From Bacteroidia bacterium (GTDB taxonomy: Bacteria > Bacteroidota > Bacteroidia > Bacteroidales > Prolixibacteraceae), in assembly GCA_026391295.1 (NCBI GenBank), contig JAPLDS010000042.1, positions 65,684 through 129,683 of the forward strand: a stretch of 64,000 nt of DNA. The letters run 5' to 3'. The translations under genes and the position numbers were made by a program. Position 1 is the stretch's first letter. Every line of letters begins with the position of its first letter. Below the pieces are notes generated by a model. The model was not told where the DNA came from. It ran no database searches and worked only from the letters and a program-made list of their open reading frames with translations. Positions 16,899 through 26,018 of the stretch are shown here, piece by piece.

Positions 16899-18611
16899 TT
16901 AATGATGGATATAGTTTAGATATTTTTCTTGAAAGTCATCTTTTGAAATTAGCCCAGGCAAAATCCAAATTCGATATTTAAGGTTAACCTTCTCCCCCTT
17001 TTGCAACTCTAAAGAGTGGTCAAATAATGCCGCAGGACTATAGTAATAAAATGGGATCTGAGGATCGCGAATGACATACCAACTTGTTGAAGGAGTGGAA
17101 AATTTGGGATCTGTAAGAATTAGCATCCCAACCTTTTTACCAACCACATTGGCAAATCCCATATAGATCCAATTGCTTTTATTTAAGTGCAAACTATCGG
17201 CTGAAGCCAGAATTTCAGGAGCGGTAAAATCCTGGTTAAACCGAGCCGATACTCCTGCATATCCACCCCATGATTGACCGTGAGGTTCGCCTTGCAATGG
17301 AGTTCTGTCTAGCAATACATGATCCTCTAACGCGGTAAAGACATGACTTTCATCGATATAATATCGACCGTCTGACATTGGCTTAGAGATAAAAACCCGA
17401 CGATCTTCGGTCAATACATCTTTCCCATCATGCGGATGATAACGAATATCAAGTTGAATATCTGCCGTAAAGTCGCGATTCAATTTCTGCTTGATATGGG
17501 TGATAACCGTTGAACCCTCTGCTTGATAACTATTTTTAGGAGTGCTAAATTTCTTATCGTATTCCCAATAATTAACCCCATTAATATATTTCCAGGAAAA
17601 CCAGAGTCCTAAATGCCACGGATGATCAACTGGAGAAACACAGGTAAGAGCAGTCTCATTGGCCATTAAGGGATGGAAATAAGGCTTTCCAAAGCGATTA
17701 TTAAAATTAAATTGCCAAACTATTTCCGAATGATTGATTAAAGCAAGGGTGGTATCTGTCTTAGTCCACCTCAATTTTGAATCTGCTGTTACTTGTTTTA
17801 TCTTTAAATCGGAGGGGACCTCAACAGTCACATCTCTTCCAGCACACCATTGGGCTGCCCGAAGCAATAAAGTTTTCAATCCTGAGTTTAGCAACGCACG
17901 CTCATCATGGCCAAATGCCGTGTAAAAACACCTCCCTTTCCCCATTTGGCCAACAAAAATAGCTGGCTCCAAAATTGGATGTCCATCCTTCTCAATTATC
18001 GCCTTGACCATCCCTAACACTGTCGCCTTAGAAGAGACATCCGTGTTTTCCCAGATCTCATCCATCAAATAAAAGCTCGCTAATCCTTTCGTAATCGGGT
18101 GATTTTGATCTAGATTAAAAGCATAGCCTTTTGTGCGTGGACCATGTTTAGTCGTTTTGCCCCATCTGCCAATGCCTATATCGTGATAGTCATTCCAAGA
18201 ATAAAACGAGCATGCTCCTGCATGAAAAGCGATAAATCCACCTCCCTCCTTGACATAACGAAGTAGATCGTTCTCCCATTTAAAAGAGAGTCGGGAGCTG
18301 GTGTCGGGCCAAGCATTCCAATTGCTAATGACTAAATTATATCGACTTAAAGTAGCATAAGTAAGGGTGTCGGGCTTTTCCGTCAAGGTGACATCCGCAA
18401 GTTTTGAATCTTCTAAAATGCGCACAATAGCAGGCGTAGTCTTTTGCCATTCGTGATTATTCTGACCGCTAAGTACGAGCACACGAAAAAAGCTCTCTTT
18501 AGAGCTTATAGAAGAAAAATCATTTGCTTTCGAGGAATGCGCTAAAACAAAATTACAAAATAGGAGTAACAGAATTTTAGCAAAACGATTCAGATTGAAT
18601 CTGCTATACAT
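16899..18611 (-). CDS. secreted fusion protein: ThuA-like domain plus PmoA-like (DUF6807-type) domain
   Basis: Sec signal MYSRFNLNRFAKILLLLFCNFVLAHS. ThuA motifs are FRVLVLSGQNNHEWQKTTP, GGGFIAFHAGACSF and FGHDERAL. The C-terminal half has KPYFHPLMA and SPVDHPWHLGLWFSWKYINGVNYWE, which I recall as the PmoA-like family found beside Gfo/Idh/MocA genes. It sits 11 bp upstream of the Gfo gene. Confidence 0.75.
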   Translation of the reverse strand: MYSRFNLNRFAKILLLLFCNFVLAHSSKANDFSSISSKESFFRVLVLSGQNNHEWQKTTPAIVRILEDSKLADVTLTEKPDTLTYATLSRYNLVISNWNAWPDTSSRLSFKWENDLLRYVKEGGGFIAFHAGACSFYSWNDYHDIGIGRWGKTTKHGPRTKGYAFNLDQNHPITKGLASFYLMDEIWENTDVSSKATVLGMVKAIIEKDGHPILEPAIFVGQMGKGRCFYTAFGHDERALLNSGLKTLLLRAAQWCAGRDVTVEVPSDLKIKQVTADSKLRWTKTDTTLALINHSEIVWQFNFNNRFGKPYFHPLMANETALTCVSPVDHPWHLGLWFSWKYINGVNYWEYDKKFSTPKNSYQAEGSTVITHIKQKLNRDFTADIQLDIRYHPHDGKDVLTEDRRVFISKPMSDGRYYIDESHVFTALEDHVLLDRTPLQGEPHGQSWGGYAGVSARFNQDFTAPEILASADSLHLNKSNWIYMGFANVVGKKVGMLILTDPKFSTPSTSWYVIRDPQIPFYYYSPAALFDHSLELQKGEKVNLKYRIWILPGLISKDDFQEKYLNYIHH

Positions 18612-18663
18612 AAGGAAACGGTATTAAATTTAGTTCAAAACCTTGGCCTTACTCTATCTCCTT

Positions 18664-18671
18664 CAAAGGTA
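18664..18671 (-). promoter_or_regulatory. candidate -7 box for the ThuA-PmoA/Gfo operon
   Basis: The plus strand reads CAAAGGTA, which is TACCTTTG on the minus strand, 53 nt upstream of the ATG at 18611. Confidence 0.35.
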
Positions 18672-18705
18672 TGAAATGTTTTTTGATACTTGTGTTTGAT
18701 AGTAT

Positions 18706-18713
18706 TATCTTTG
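18706..18713 (+). promoter_or_regulatory. candidate -7 box (TATCTTTG) for metG
   Basis: Matches TAnnTTTG, 43 nt upstream of ATG 18756. A TTTG lies about 20 nt further upstream. Confidence 0.4.
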
Positions 18714-18755
18714 TGCCATAATAATAGGGATTTAGCCTAATTTAGATTCAATTTA

Positions 18756-20789
18756 ATGAAGCATTTTAAAAGAACGTTGATTACCTCAGCATTACCTTAT
18801 GCGAATGGCCCAGTTCACATTGGTCATCTAGCAGGGGTTTATGTACCTGCCGATATCTATGCCCGTTTTCTTCGTCTAAATGGAGAAGAAGTCGCATTTA
18901 TTGGAGGATCTGATGAGCACGGCGTTCCCATTACTCTTAAAGCAAAAAAAGAAGGCGTTTCCCCACAAGATGTTGTCGACAAATACCATGGAATGATCAA
19001 AGACTCTTTCGAGAAATTCGGAATATCTTTCGATGTTTATTCCCGTACTAGCTCGAAAGTTCATCATGAAACAGCATCAGAAATATTCAGAACGTTATAC
19101 GATAAAGGCGCATTCATCGAACAGACCTCTGAACAGTTTTACGACGAAGAAGCAAATCAATTTCTAGCCGATCGATATATCACGGGTACTTGTCCGAGAT
19201 GCAACTATGAAAAAGCATACGGTGATCAATGCGAAAGTTGTGGCAGCACGCTTAATGCCACCGACCTCATTGACCCAAAATCTGTTCTTAGTGGCAATAA
19301 GCCACTTATGAAGCAGACCAAGCACTGGTTTCTTCCGCTGGATCAATACGAGCCTTGGCTTCGCGAGTGGATCTTGGAGAATCATAAAGAGTGGAAGCCA
19401 AATGTATATGGTCAATGTAAATCATGGATTGATGGAGGTTTAAACCCAAGAGCCGTCACCCGCGACCTTGACTGGGGAATACCAGTACCTGTTGAAGGTG
19501 CAGAAGGCAAAGTCCTTTATGTTTGGTTTGATGCCCCCATAGGATATATTTCGGCTACCAAAGAATGGACCCCAGACTGGGAAAAATGGTGGAAAGATTC
19601 AGATACGAAAATGGTCCATTTTATTGGGAAAGATAATATCGTGTTTCACTGCATCATCTTCCCGGCAGTTTTAAAGGCAGAAGGATCTTATATCTTACCT
19701 GAAAATGTACCTGCGAATGAATTTCTTAATCTCGAAGGGGATAAGATTTCTACCTCTCGCAACTGGGCTGTTTGGTTGCATGAGTATCTCCTTGATTTCC
19801 CAGGGAAGGAAGATGTGTTGAAATATACGCTAACAGCCAATGCTCCTGAGACCAAAGACAATGACTTCACTTGGAAAGATTTTCAAACCAGAAATAATAG
19901 CGAGCTAGTAGCCATATTTGGCAATTTCGTCAATAGAGCCTTAGTGCTTACTGAAAAATATTACAACGGTATAGTCCCTGAAAAAGGAGAATTAACAGAG
20001 TATGACACGCAGACTTTAGCGGAGATTATAACGCTTAAAGCAGCTGTAACGCATGCAATAGAAACCTATCACTTCCGTGAAGCATTAAAGAATGCGATGG
20101 AATTGGCTCGATTAGGGAATAAATATTTAGCCGATATGGAACCCTGGAAAGTCGTTAAGACAGATCCGGAAAGGGTAAAAACGATTATGCATACGGCTCT
20201 TCAGATTACTGCTAATCTTACGATCGTCTTTGAGCCTTTCTTGCCTTTCACGACCAATAAGCTTCGCGGATTTTTAAATCTTAGCCCATTAAATTGGAGC
20301 GAACTTGGACGTACAGACTTAATTAAGGCTGGCCATAAGATCAATACTCCTGAACTATTATTTGAAAAAATAGAAGACGATGCCATCCAAGCCCAGGTAG
20401 ATAAACTGCTAGCAACCAAGAAAACTAATGAACTTGAAGAAGCGATGACCAATCCAGCGAAGCCTAATATTGAATACGAAGATTTTGCGAAGCTAGATAT
20501 TCGCATTGGAACCATTATCGCTGCCGAAAAGGTAGCCAAAACAAAAAAACTTTTAAAGCTGACCATTGATACAGGTCTAGACAAACGAACTGTTGTATCA
20601 GGGATTGCGGAATATTTCGAGCCTGAGAAAATTATCGGACAACAAGTCTCGATCTTAATAAATCTAGCTCCTAAAGAATTACGAGGAATTGAATCGCAGG
20701 GGATGATCTTAATGGCTGAGAATCCGGATGGATCACTGGAATTTGTCACCACACCAAATAAGACGAAAGAGGGATCTGAAGTACGCTAA
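18756..20789 (+). CDS. metG: methionine--tRNA ligase
   Basis: HIGH motif ([10 protein letters not shown]), zinc knuckle ([18 protein letters not shown]), KMSKS-type region (KISTSRN) and a C-terminal tRNA-binding (EMAP-like) domain. Confidence 0.97.
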   Translation: MKHFKRTLITSALPYANGPVHIGHLAGVYVPADIYARFLRLNGEEVAFIGGSDEHGVPITLKAKKEGVSPQDVVDKYHGMIKDSFEKFGISFDVYSRTSSKVHHETASEIFRTLYDKGAFIEQTSEQFYDEEANQFLADRYITGTCPRCNYEKAYGDQCESCGSTLNATDLIDPKSVLSGNKPLMKQTKHWFLPLDQYEPWLREWILENHKEWKPNVYGQCKSWIDGGLNPRAVTRDLDWGIPVPVEGAEGKVLYVWFDAPIGYISATKEWTPDWEKWWKDSDTKMVHFIGKDNIVFHCIIFPAVLKAEGSYILPENVPANEFLNLEGDKISTSRNWAVWLHEYLLDFPGKEDVLKYTLTANAPETKDNDFTWKDFQTRNNSELVAIFGNFVNRALVLTEKYYNGIVPEKGELTEYDTQTLAEIITLKAAVTHAIETYHFREALKNAMELARLGNKYLADMEPWKVVKTDPERVKTIMHTALQITANLTIVFEPFLPFTTNKLRGFLNLSPLNWSELGRTDLIKAGHKINTPELLFEKIEDDAIQAQVDKLLATKKTNELEEAMTNPAKPNIEYEDFAKLDIRIGTIIAAEKVAKTKKLLKLTIDTGLDKRTVVSGIAEYFEPEKIIGQQVSILINLAPKELRGIESQGMILMAENPDGSLEFVTTPNKTKEGSEVR

Positions 20790-20816
20790 ATATATTAATC
20801 AGTAGATTTAAAGCAT

Positions 20817-20852
20817 AAAAAACCCCCGCAGAAATTAATCTGCGGGGTTTTT
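20817..20852. terminator. bidirectional rho-independent terminator between metG and the small convergent gene
   Basis: An A-run (20817-20822), then stem ccccgcaga (20824-20832), a 6-nt loop, stem tctgcgggg (20839-20847), and a T-run (20848-20852). Confidence 0.85.
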
Positions 20853-20867
20853 ATATTCTGTTGCAAA

Positions 20868-21068
20868 TTATTTCTTTGCAGGAGCAACTTTTTTAGTCGC
20901 TTTTTTTGCAGCAGGAGCAGGCGCAGCAGCAGCTGGTTTAGCAGCAGGTTTCGCAGCAGCTGCAGCAGCTGGAGCTTTCTTAGCTGGTTTCTTAGCAGCA
21001 TCCTGAGCGTTAACAGAGATCAAACCCAATACAAATACAAAACTTAGTAAAGCAATAACTTTTTTCAT
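20868..21068 (-). CDS. small secreted Ala/Lys/Pro-rich low-complexity protein (66 aa)
   Basis: Signal peptide MKKVIALLSFVFVLGLISVNAQD, followed only by AAKKPAKKAPAAAAAAKPAAKPAAAAPAPAAKKATKKVAPAKK. It has its own -7 box upstream and the strong terminator downstream. Confidence 0.6.
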   Translation of the reverse strand: MKKVIALLSFVFVLGLISVNAQDAAKKPAKKAPAAAAAAKPAAKPAAAAPAPAAKKATKKVAPAKK

Positions 21069-21094
21069 AATGAGATTTTTTATTAATTAATGAT

Positions 21095-21102
21095 CAAATA
21101 TA
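21095..21102 (-). promoter_or_regulatory. candidate -7 box for the 66-aa gene
   Basis: The plus strand reads CAAATATA, which is TATATTTG on the minus strand, 27 nt upstream of the ATG at 21068. Confidence 0.4.
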
Positions 21103-21132
21103 CCGCCCCTAGAATGAAGAAATCGTGAAGAT

Positions 21133-22479
21133 TTAGGACAAATGAGATACATTAACATCTGTTAACGCAAATTGCACTTTAAATGTAGTCCCTACGCCTA
21201 GTTCAGACCTAACATCAATAGACCCTTGATGAAACAAAACGATGCTTTTTACAATCGAAAGTCCTAATCCATACCCTTCTCCCGTTAATGGATCTGCCCG
21301 TTTAAAGCGATCAAAGATCTTTGGAATTTGATCTTGCTCAATACCAATGCCGGAGTCAGTAATTTCAATATTAAAATTCGGTCCATTGTTAAAACAAGAA
21401 ACCTTAATCTCCCCATTATCCTTGTTATATTTTATGGCATTCGAGATCAAATTAAAAAGTAATATATAGACCAATGATTTGTTTACCTTTCCAACTATCA
21501 ACCCAGCAGGGATCGCATTTTCAATCGTAATATTTCGCATCTGAGCTCTATCTTCTATGTTTAGAATTATCTCTTCAATGAGCTCTCTTAAATTCAAGGT
21601 CTCATCTTTAGCAAACTGATCATTTTCAATACGCGCAATCAGTAAAAGTGCCTTGATGATCTGCTGTAGCCGATTTAAATGCTCCTGTTGCTCGAGAATA
21701 TCCGTAATAAAATGCTCCGGTAAATCATTGGACAACAATAAGTTTTCAAGCTTACTTTGCATAACCGATATAGGTGTAAATAATTCATGAGAGACATTCG
21801 CGGTAAAGCGTTGTTGGTTCTTTAGGCTCTCTGAAACTTTATGCATCAGCTCATTAAGCGCATTGTTAAGCGAGACAAAATCAGAGGTGGAACTAGTTAG
21901 ATCAGAAAAATCGAACGTCTCAGGATCGGTAATGGTTTTTAGTTTTCCAAGAATCATTTTATTAAGTGGGGTCAGCAGATATTTATTGATTCCAATATCA
22001 ACCAATATCGTAATCAAAAGAACCAACAAGATGATCGAAATTGAGATGTTCTTAATCATCTTGTTAAGTGAATTAATAAGCTGAACACTCTTACCAATCT
22101 CTAAAACATAGTGCTGATTATTAATTTCAAATCGATAATTTAAGATCCTAAAATCAAATTCTTCGTCCTCAATTTCACGGGCCTCATTAGAGAAGACAAG
22201 CTTTTCGCCATTTTTTGAAGGATCAATATCTATGGAGATGTACTCATCCTTAAGCATGTTGTAACTCGCATAAACACTGTCGCGCTCAATATTTAAAAAT
22301 GAGTTAATCCCAATCTTTTCAACAATTGAGAGAGTTTTGTCTTTCATCTTGATCAAATCTCTGTCGGTATGTTTCACTGCTTGATTATCTATAACTTGTT
22401 GCATCAATATAAAAAGCAAGATAAAGATCACGATCTTAGAGATCGCTCCAATCAAAGCCAATTTTAGTTCAAGTCTCAT
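21133..22479 (-). CDS. two-component sensor histidine kinase
   Basis: Two TM helices flank a periplasmic domain. H-box FTANVSHELFTPIS, N box (NAIKYN) and G boxes (DSGIGI, GYGLGLSIV). Confidence 0.92.
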   Translation of the reverse strand: MRLELKLALIGAISKIVIFILLFILMQQVIDNQAVKHTDRDLIKMKDKTLSIVEKIGINSFLNIERDSVYASYNMLKDEYISIDIDPSKNGEKLVFSNEAREIEDEEFDFRILNYRFEINNQHYVLEIGKSVQLINSLNKMIKNISISIILLVLLITILVDIGINKYLLTPLNKMILGKLKTITDPETFDFSDLTSSTSDFVSLNNALNELMHKVSESLKNQQRFTANVSHELFTPISVMQSKLENLLLSNDLPEHFITDILEQQEHLNRLQQIIKALLLIARIENDQFAKDETLNLRELIEEIILNIEDRAQMRNITIENAIPAGLIVGKVNKSLVYILLFNLISNAIKYNKDNGEIKVSCFNNGPNFNIEITDSGIGIEQDQIPKIFDRFKRADPLTGEGYGLGLSIVKSIVLFHQGSIDVRSELGVGTTFKVQFALTDVNVSHLS

Positions 22480-22524
22480 CGTGAATATTATAACGCTTTA
22501 GTGCGGAATGCAGTATTTGATCAT

Positions 22525-22532
22525 CAAAGATA
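22525..22532 (-). promoter_or_regulatory. candidate -7 box for the histidine kinase gene
   Basis: The plus strand reads CAAAGATA, which is TATCTTTG on the minus strand, 46 nt upstream of the ATG at 22479. Confidence 0.35.
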
Positions 22533-22603
22533 ATGTTCTATCCTATTTGCGCTAAGGATCGCATAAGAAACTTTAAAAATTGTGAGATCTCCATTTTTTC
22601 TTG

Positions 22604-22611
22604 TAGGTTTG
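22604..22611 (+). promoter_or_regulatory. candidate -7 box (TAGGTTTG) for the response regulator gene
   Basis: Matches TAnnTTTG, 29 nt upstream of ATG 22641. An ATTG lies 21 nt upstream. Confidence 0.35.
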
Positions 22612-22640
22612 ATCCACTAAGATTATCTAAAAGTTGAACA

Positions 22641-23330
22641 ATGCATGTACTAATTGTAGAAGACGAGATTCAACTACTCAAAGAAGTTAAAAGCTATCTT
22701 GAAAAGGAGGGATTCATCTGCGATGAGGCCAGCACAGGAATGGTAGCTTCAGATAAGCTCTTTTCAAATAATTATGACTTATTATTACTTGACCTAGGCT
22801 TACCCGATTATGATGGAATTGACTTGCTTAAGGAGACTGTAGCCAACTCTAAAAATACAGCAGTCATAATCTTGTCAGCCCGAAGTGCCATAGAGGATCG
22901 GATAAAAGGGCTGAATTTTGGAGCAGACGATTACCTCCCCAAACCATTCTCCTTATTGGAATTAAAATCGCGAATTATGGCCGTGATGAGACGCAAACAT
23001 GGCATACGGGCGAATATTCTGAAAGTAAATAAGCTGCAAGTTGATTTAGATAAACGTATTGTTACTTGCGAAGGGAATCCCATCGCACTAACCAGGAAAG
23101 AATATGATATTTTAAGTTTTCTAATCTTAAACAAAAATAGGGTTGTGACCCGACTGCAGATCTCCGAACATATCTGGGGAGATATAATTGAAGAGAATTA
23201 CAACTCAAATTACATCGATGTGCATATTAAAAACCTGCGAAAAAAACTAGCCGAGTATATAGAAGGAGAATTCTTAGAGACAGTAAGAGGGATCGGATTT
23301 CAATTCAATGAATTCAATAACCCACTTTAA
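22641..23330 (+). CDS. OmpR/PhoB-type response regulator
   Basis: Receiver domain (MHVLIVEDE, LLLLDLGLPDYDG, LPKPF) plus a winged-helix trans_reg_C domain (LTRKEYDILSFL, ETVRGIGF). Confidence 0.95.
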   Translation: MHVLIVEDEIQLLKEVKSYLEKEGFICDEASTGMVASDKLFSNNYDLLLLDLGLPDYDGIDLLKETVANSKNTAVIILSARSAIEDRIKGLNFGADDYLPKPFSLLELKSRIMAVMRRKHGIRANILKVNKLQVDLDKRIVTCEGNPIALTRKEYDILSFLILNKNRVVTRLQISEHIWGDIIEENYNSNYIDVHIKNLRKKLAEYIEGEFLETVRGIGFQFNEFNNPL

Positions 23331-23333
23331 ATA

Positions 23334-23352
23334 AACTTGTGAGACACAAGTT
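23334..23352. terminator. short hairpin between convergent genes
   Basis: aacttgtg (23334-23341), loop aga, then cacaagtt (23345-23352). The minus-strand side is followed by ttattt. There is no strong T-run on the plus side. Confidence 0.4.
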
Positions 23353-23362
23353 GGAAGGTATT

Positions 23363-24589
23363 TCAATCTCGCTCTTCGATTAAAAAGCGATCTGAGATAT
23401 ATTTAACTGGCAACCAGGCAGCAAAAAAGCCAATCAAAATAACCGAACAAAATACAAGCAAGATATCAAGGGGGATAATCTGCATCGGGTAAGCATCAAT
23501 TATAAAAGAACCGCCCCCTTGCAATTTGACAAACCCATAAGAGATCTGCGCTTGACAAATTGCCAGTCCGAATAACGTTCCCACCGCAGCACCAATCAAT
23601 GAGACTGACCACCCTTCAAAGAGAAAGATATTTCGAATTAAGCTTTTGTTGGCACCCATGCTCTGCAAAATAGAGATATCCTCTTTCTTATCAAGAATTA
23701 GCATGGTTAAAGAACCAACAATATTAAAGGAAGCAATAATTAAGATCAGAATTAAAATTAGATAAACAGCATATTTCTCACCCTGCATGGTCTTATACAA
23801 GTATTCATGCTGTTCATATCTATTTTTTACTACAAATCCAGGACCTAGAAGAGTTGAAATTCTTTTCTGCGCTTCAGCACTACTGACCCCCGATTTTAAC
23901 TTTATTTCAACTGCCGTCACTTTTTCTCCCATCTCAAAAAGATGACGAGCAAATGAAATTGGAACTAGCACGTATTTTGAATCTAATTCTTGCTGGACTG
24001 AAAATATGGCGGAAGGAAATATGGTGGCTTGATTAAAATTATCTTGGATCGATAGAGCTGATTTTCTCCCTTTTTGTGGAACATAAAGACTAATCGGATT
24101 AACTCCTTTAATGCCCGCAGATAGGGCATAAGCCACGCCCTGTCCCATAACTGCAAACGAATGATCGTTTTCCTTGAGCTTAAAATTTCCCTCAACAAGC
24201 ATGGTGTCAAGTCCAGTCATTTGGGCATACTCATCGCTGACACCTTTTATGGTCGCTAAAACCTGTCGAGACTCATATCGAAGAAGAGCATTTTCTTCAA
24301 TAATTTCAGAAAAATATGCTACGTCTGGGAACTTTCGAACTGTTTCAAAGCGCTGATTATTCAGTTCAAAACTCTTCCCTTCGGCTACAGTTATCCGCAA
24401 ATCAGCATCGAAAGAGGAGAACAAAGACTTTATCAAACCGTCGAAACCATTAAATCCGGACAAGCCTATAATTAAACCCATCGTTCCAATAGCCATGCCT
24501 GCAGCAGAGATTGCAGAGATGACATTGATCAGGTTAGCTCTCTTTTTAGCAAAGAGATATCTTTTTGCTATGTAAAAAGACAGGTTCAA
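23363..24589 (-). CDS. FtsX-like ABC transporter permease (LolC/LolE-like)
   Basis: N-terminal FYIAKRYLFAKKR, a MacB-type periplasmic domain, and a C-terminal FtsX 4-TM region (ILQSMGA). The start codon is apparently TTG (complement of 24587-24589). Confidence 0.85.
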   Translation of the reverse strand: MNLSFYIAKRYLFAKKRANLINVISAISAAGMAIGTMGLIIGLSGFNGFDGLIKSLFSSFDADLRITVAEGKSFELNNQRFETVRKFPDVAYFSEIIEENALLRYESRQVLATIKGVSDEYAQMTGLDTMLVEGNFKLKENDHSFAVMGQGVAYALSAGIKGVNPISLYVPQKGRKSALSIQDNFNQATIFPSAIFSVQQELDSKYVLVPISFARHLFEMGEKVTAVEIKLKSGVSSAEAQKRISTLLGPGFVVKNRYEQHEYLYKTMQGEKYAVYLILILILIIASFNIVGSLTMLILDKKEDISILQSMGANKSLIRNIFLFEGWSVSLIGAAVGTLFGLAICQAQISYGFVKLQGGGSFIIDAYPMQIIPLDILLVFCSVILIGFFAAWLPVKYISDRFLIEERD

Positions 24590-24606
24590 AATTTGAGAAT
24601 TAGGTC

Positions 24607-25431
24607 TTACTTTTTATACGCCTTTACCAAAAGGCCAGTACCGGTAACGTTTTTGGAATTTACATCAATTGCATTAAAAAGGGCGCAAAAAAGGAATGTT
24701 AATAGGTAATAAAATGGCAAAAGAACAAAGAAGGCTTTCGATTTCCCAAGCATTAAGATCGGATATTTCATCGATAACTTCCAGGAGAAAGACCCTATTT
24801 TTCCATAGGTGTAACGAGCCTCAACAACAGAAAATCCAGCCCGTTTAAGCTTATCCGTAATATCTTGAATACCATACCCGTCACGCACATGCTCTCCGAT
24901 AAAACCATTTACAGCATCCTCCTCATGATCGTGCGTATCAGATCCACCTTGATCAGATGGGGTAGAGATCAAAAGCATGCCATTATTCGAAAGCGATTTA
25001 TACAGATTACTAAAAACAAGTTCATCCTCTTCGATATGTTCCATAACATCTACCGAAAGAATAAGATCGTATTTGTGTGGTTCATTAAACGTTGTAAGGT
25101 CAGCATATTCAAATACAACTCTATCTTGCAATCCAATAGCCTGGAAAAACTGATTGCAATCAGCTATCTGCTCCTCTTTTACATCAACGCCTTTAATTGT
25201 CGAACCTTTAAAGGTTCGACTCATCTTATAGCTGTACTGGCCAAATCCAGAACCAGCATCTAATATTTTAATTTGTCGCGTCGGATCAATATTTCTAATA
25301 TGCCGCAATTCCTTGTGAACATGCCATGCCCTTAGCAATAAGAGATCAAGCAACGAATAGAATGTTTTGCGCAAAAATGGGGTCCGGTTAAACACATTCC
25401 CCAATCGCCTTTTTATCGGATCATACTCCAT
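24607..25431 (-). CDS. class I SAM-dependent methyltransferase with hydrophobic C-terminal tail
   Basis: Motif I ILDAGSGFGQYS and post-I DVKEEQ. C-terminal hydrophobic segment AFFVLLPFYYLLTFLFCALF. Confidence 0.85.
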   Translation of the reverse strand: MEYDPIKRRLGNVFNRTPFLRKTFYSLLDLLLLRAWHVHKELRHIRNIDPTRQIKILDAGSGFGQYSYKMSRTFKGSTIKGVDVKEEQIADCNQFFQAIGLQDRVVFEYADLTTFNEPHKYDLILSVDVMEHIEEDELVFSNLYKSLSNNGMLLISTPSDQGGSDTHDHEEDAVNGFIGEHVRDGYGIQDITDKLKRAGFSVVEARYTYGKIGSFSWKLSMKYPILMLGKSKAFFVLLPFYYLLTFLFCALFNAIDVNSKNVTGTGLLVKAYKK

Positions 25432-25462
25432 AACACAATGCTCTAAATATTCTACAAGAGGA

Positions 25463-25804
25463 CTACTTTAAAAGGTTATCTATTTTTTCGATGTAATCAA
25501 GGCTGTCATCAAGATAAAATTCTAATTCTGGAACATGGCGTAACTGAAATCGAACGATATTCCCTAATTCGCCTCTTAATTTGCTCTTCTGCAGTTTTAT
25601 ATCTGCCAAAACTAACTCAGCTCCTGCAGACGGGAAGATGCTTAAATAGCACCTAGCAATGGAGATATCTCGAGTGACTCGAACCGTGGTTAGAGAAAGT
25701 ATCCTCCCCTTTGCCAAAACCTGCGTATCGCGACGTAATAATTCGCTTAGCTCCTTCTGAATTAATCGTCCAATCTTATTCTGCCTTGTTGAATATTGTT
25801 CCAT
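25463..25804 (-). CDS. rbfA: 30S ribosome-binding factor RbfA
   Basis: 113 aa. RQNKIGRLIQKELSELL, VRVTRDISIARCYLS, VPELEFYLDDS. Confidence 0.9.
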   Translation of the reverse strand: MEQYSTRQNKIGRLIQKELSELLRRDTQVLAKGRILSLTTVRVTRDISIARCYLSIFPSAGAELVLADIKLQKSKLRGELGNIVRFQLRHVPELEFYLDDSLDYIEKIDNLLK

Positions 25805-25823
25805 TTAAACTCTAATTAAGTTG

Positions 25824-25831
25824 CAAATTTA
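25824..25831 (-). promoter_or_regulatory. candidate -7 box for rbfA
   Basis: The plus strand reads CAAATTTA, which is TAAATTTG on the minus strand, 20 nt upstream of the ATG at 25804. Confidence 0.35.
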
Positions 25832-25982
25832 AATAAAATCATCAGGTTCTGATTGGAATGACAATTATCTTTAACAAGCAATCGTACTAGAAATAACTAT
25901 TCTAACAGAATTAATAGGCTGCGTTACCTGCCACACCAATTAATAGAATCACTTTAAGGACAAAACATTCATTCCTTTTTAA

Positions 25983-25990
25983 TATCTTTG
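25983..25990 (+). promoter_or_regulatory. candidate -7 box (TATCTTTG) for the hexokinase-family gene
   Basis: Matches TAnnTTTG, 28 nt upstream of ATG 26019. Confidence 0.4.
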
Positions 25991-26018
25991 ACTAAACAGA
26001 AAATTTAAAACAACCGAT

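Noticed and set aside
20201-20752. 183-aa minus-strand ORF inside metG
   Set aside because: It is antisense to a highly conserved methionyl-tRNA synthetase region. It is Ser-rich and low-complexity, with no motifs.
20795-21001. 68-aa Leu-rich minus-strand ORF overlapping the 66-aa Ala/Lys/Pro gene
   Set aside because: It is an alternative frame of the same GCN/CTG-rich low-complexity DNA and runs through the terminator hairpin. It has no signal peptide or promoter logic. The AKP frame has a proper signal peptide, an ATG and a promoter box.
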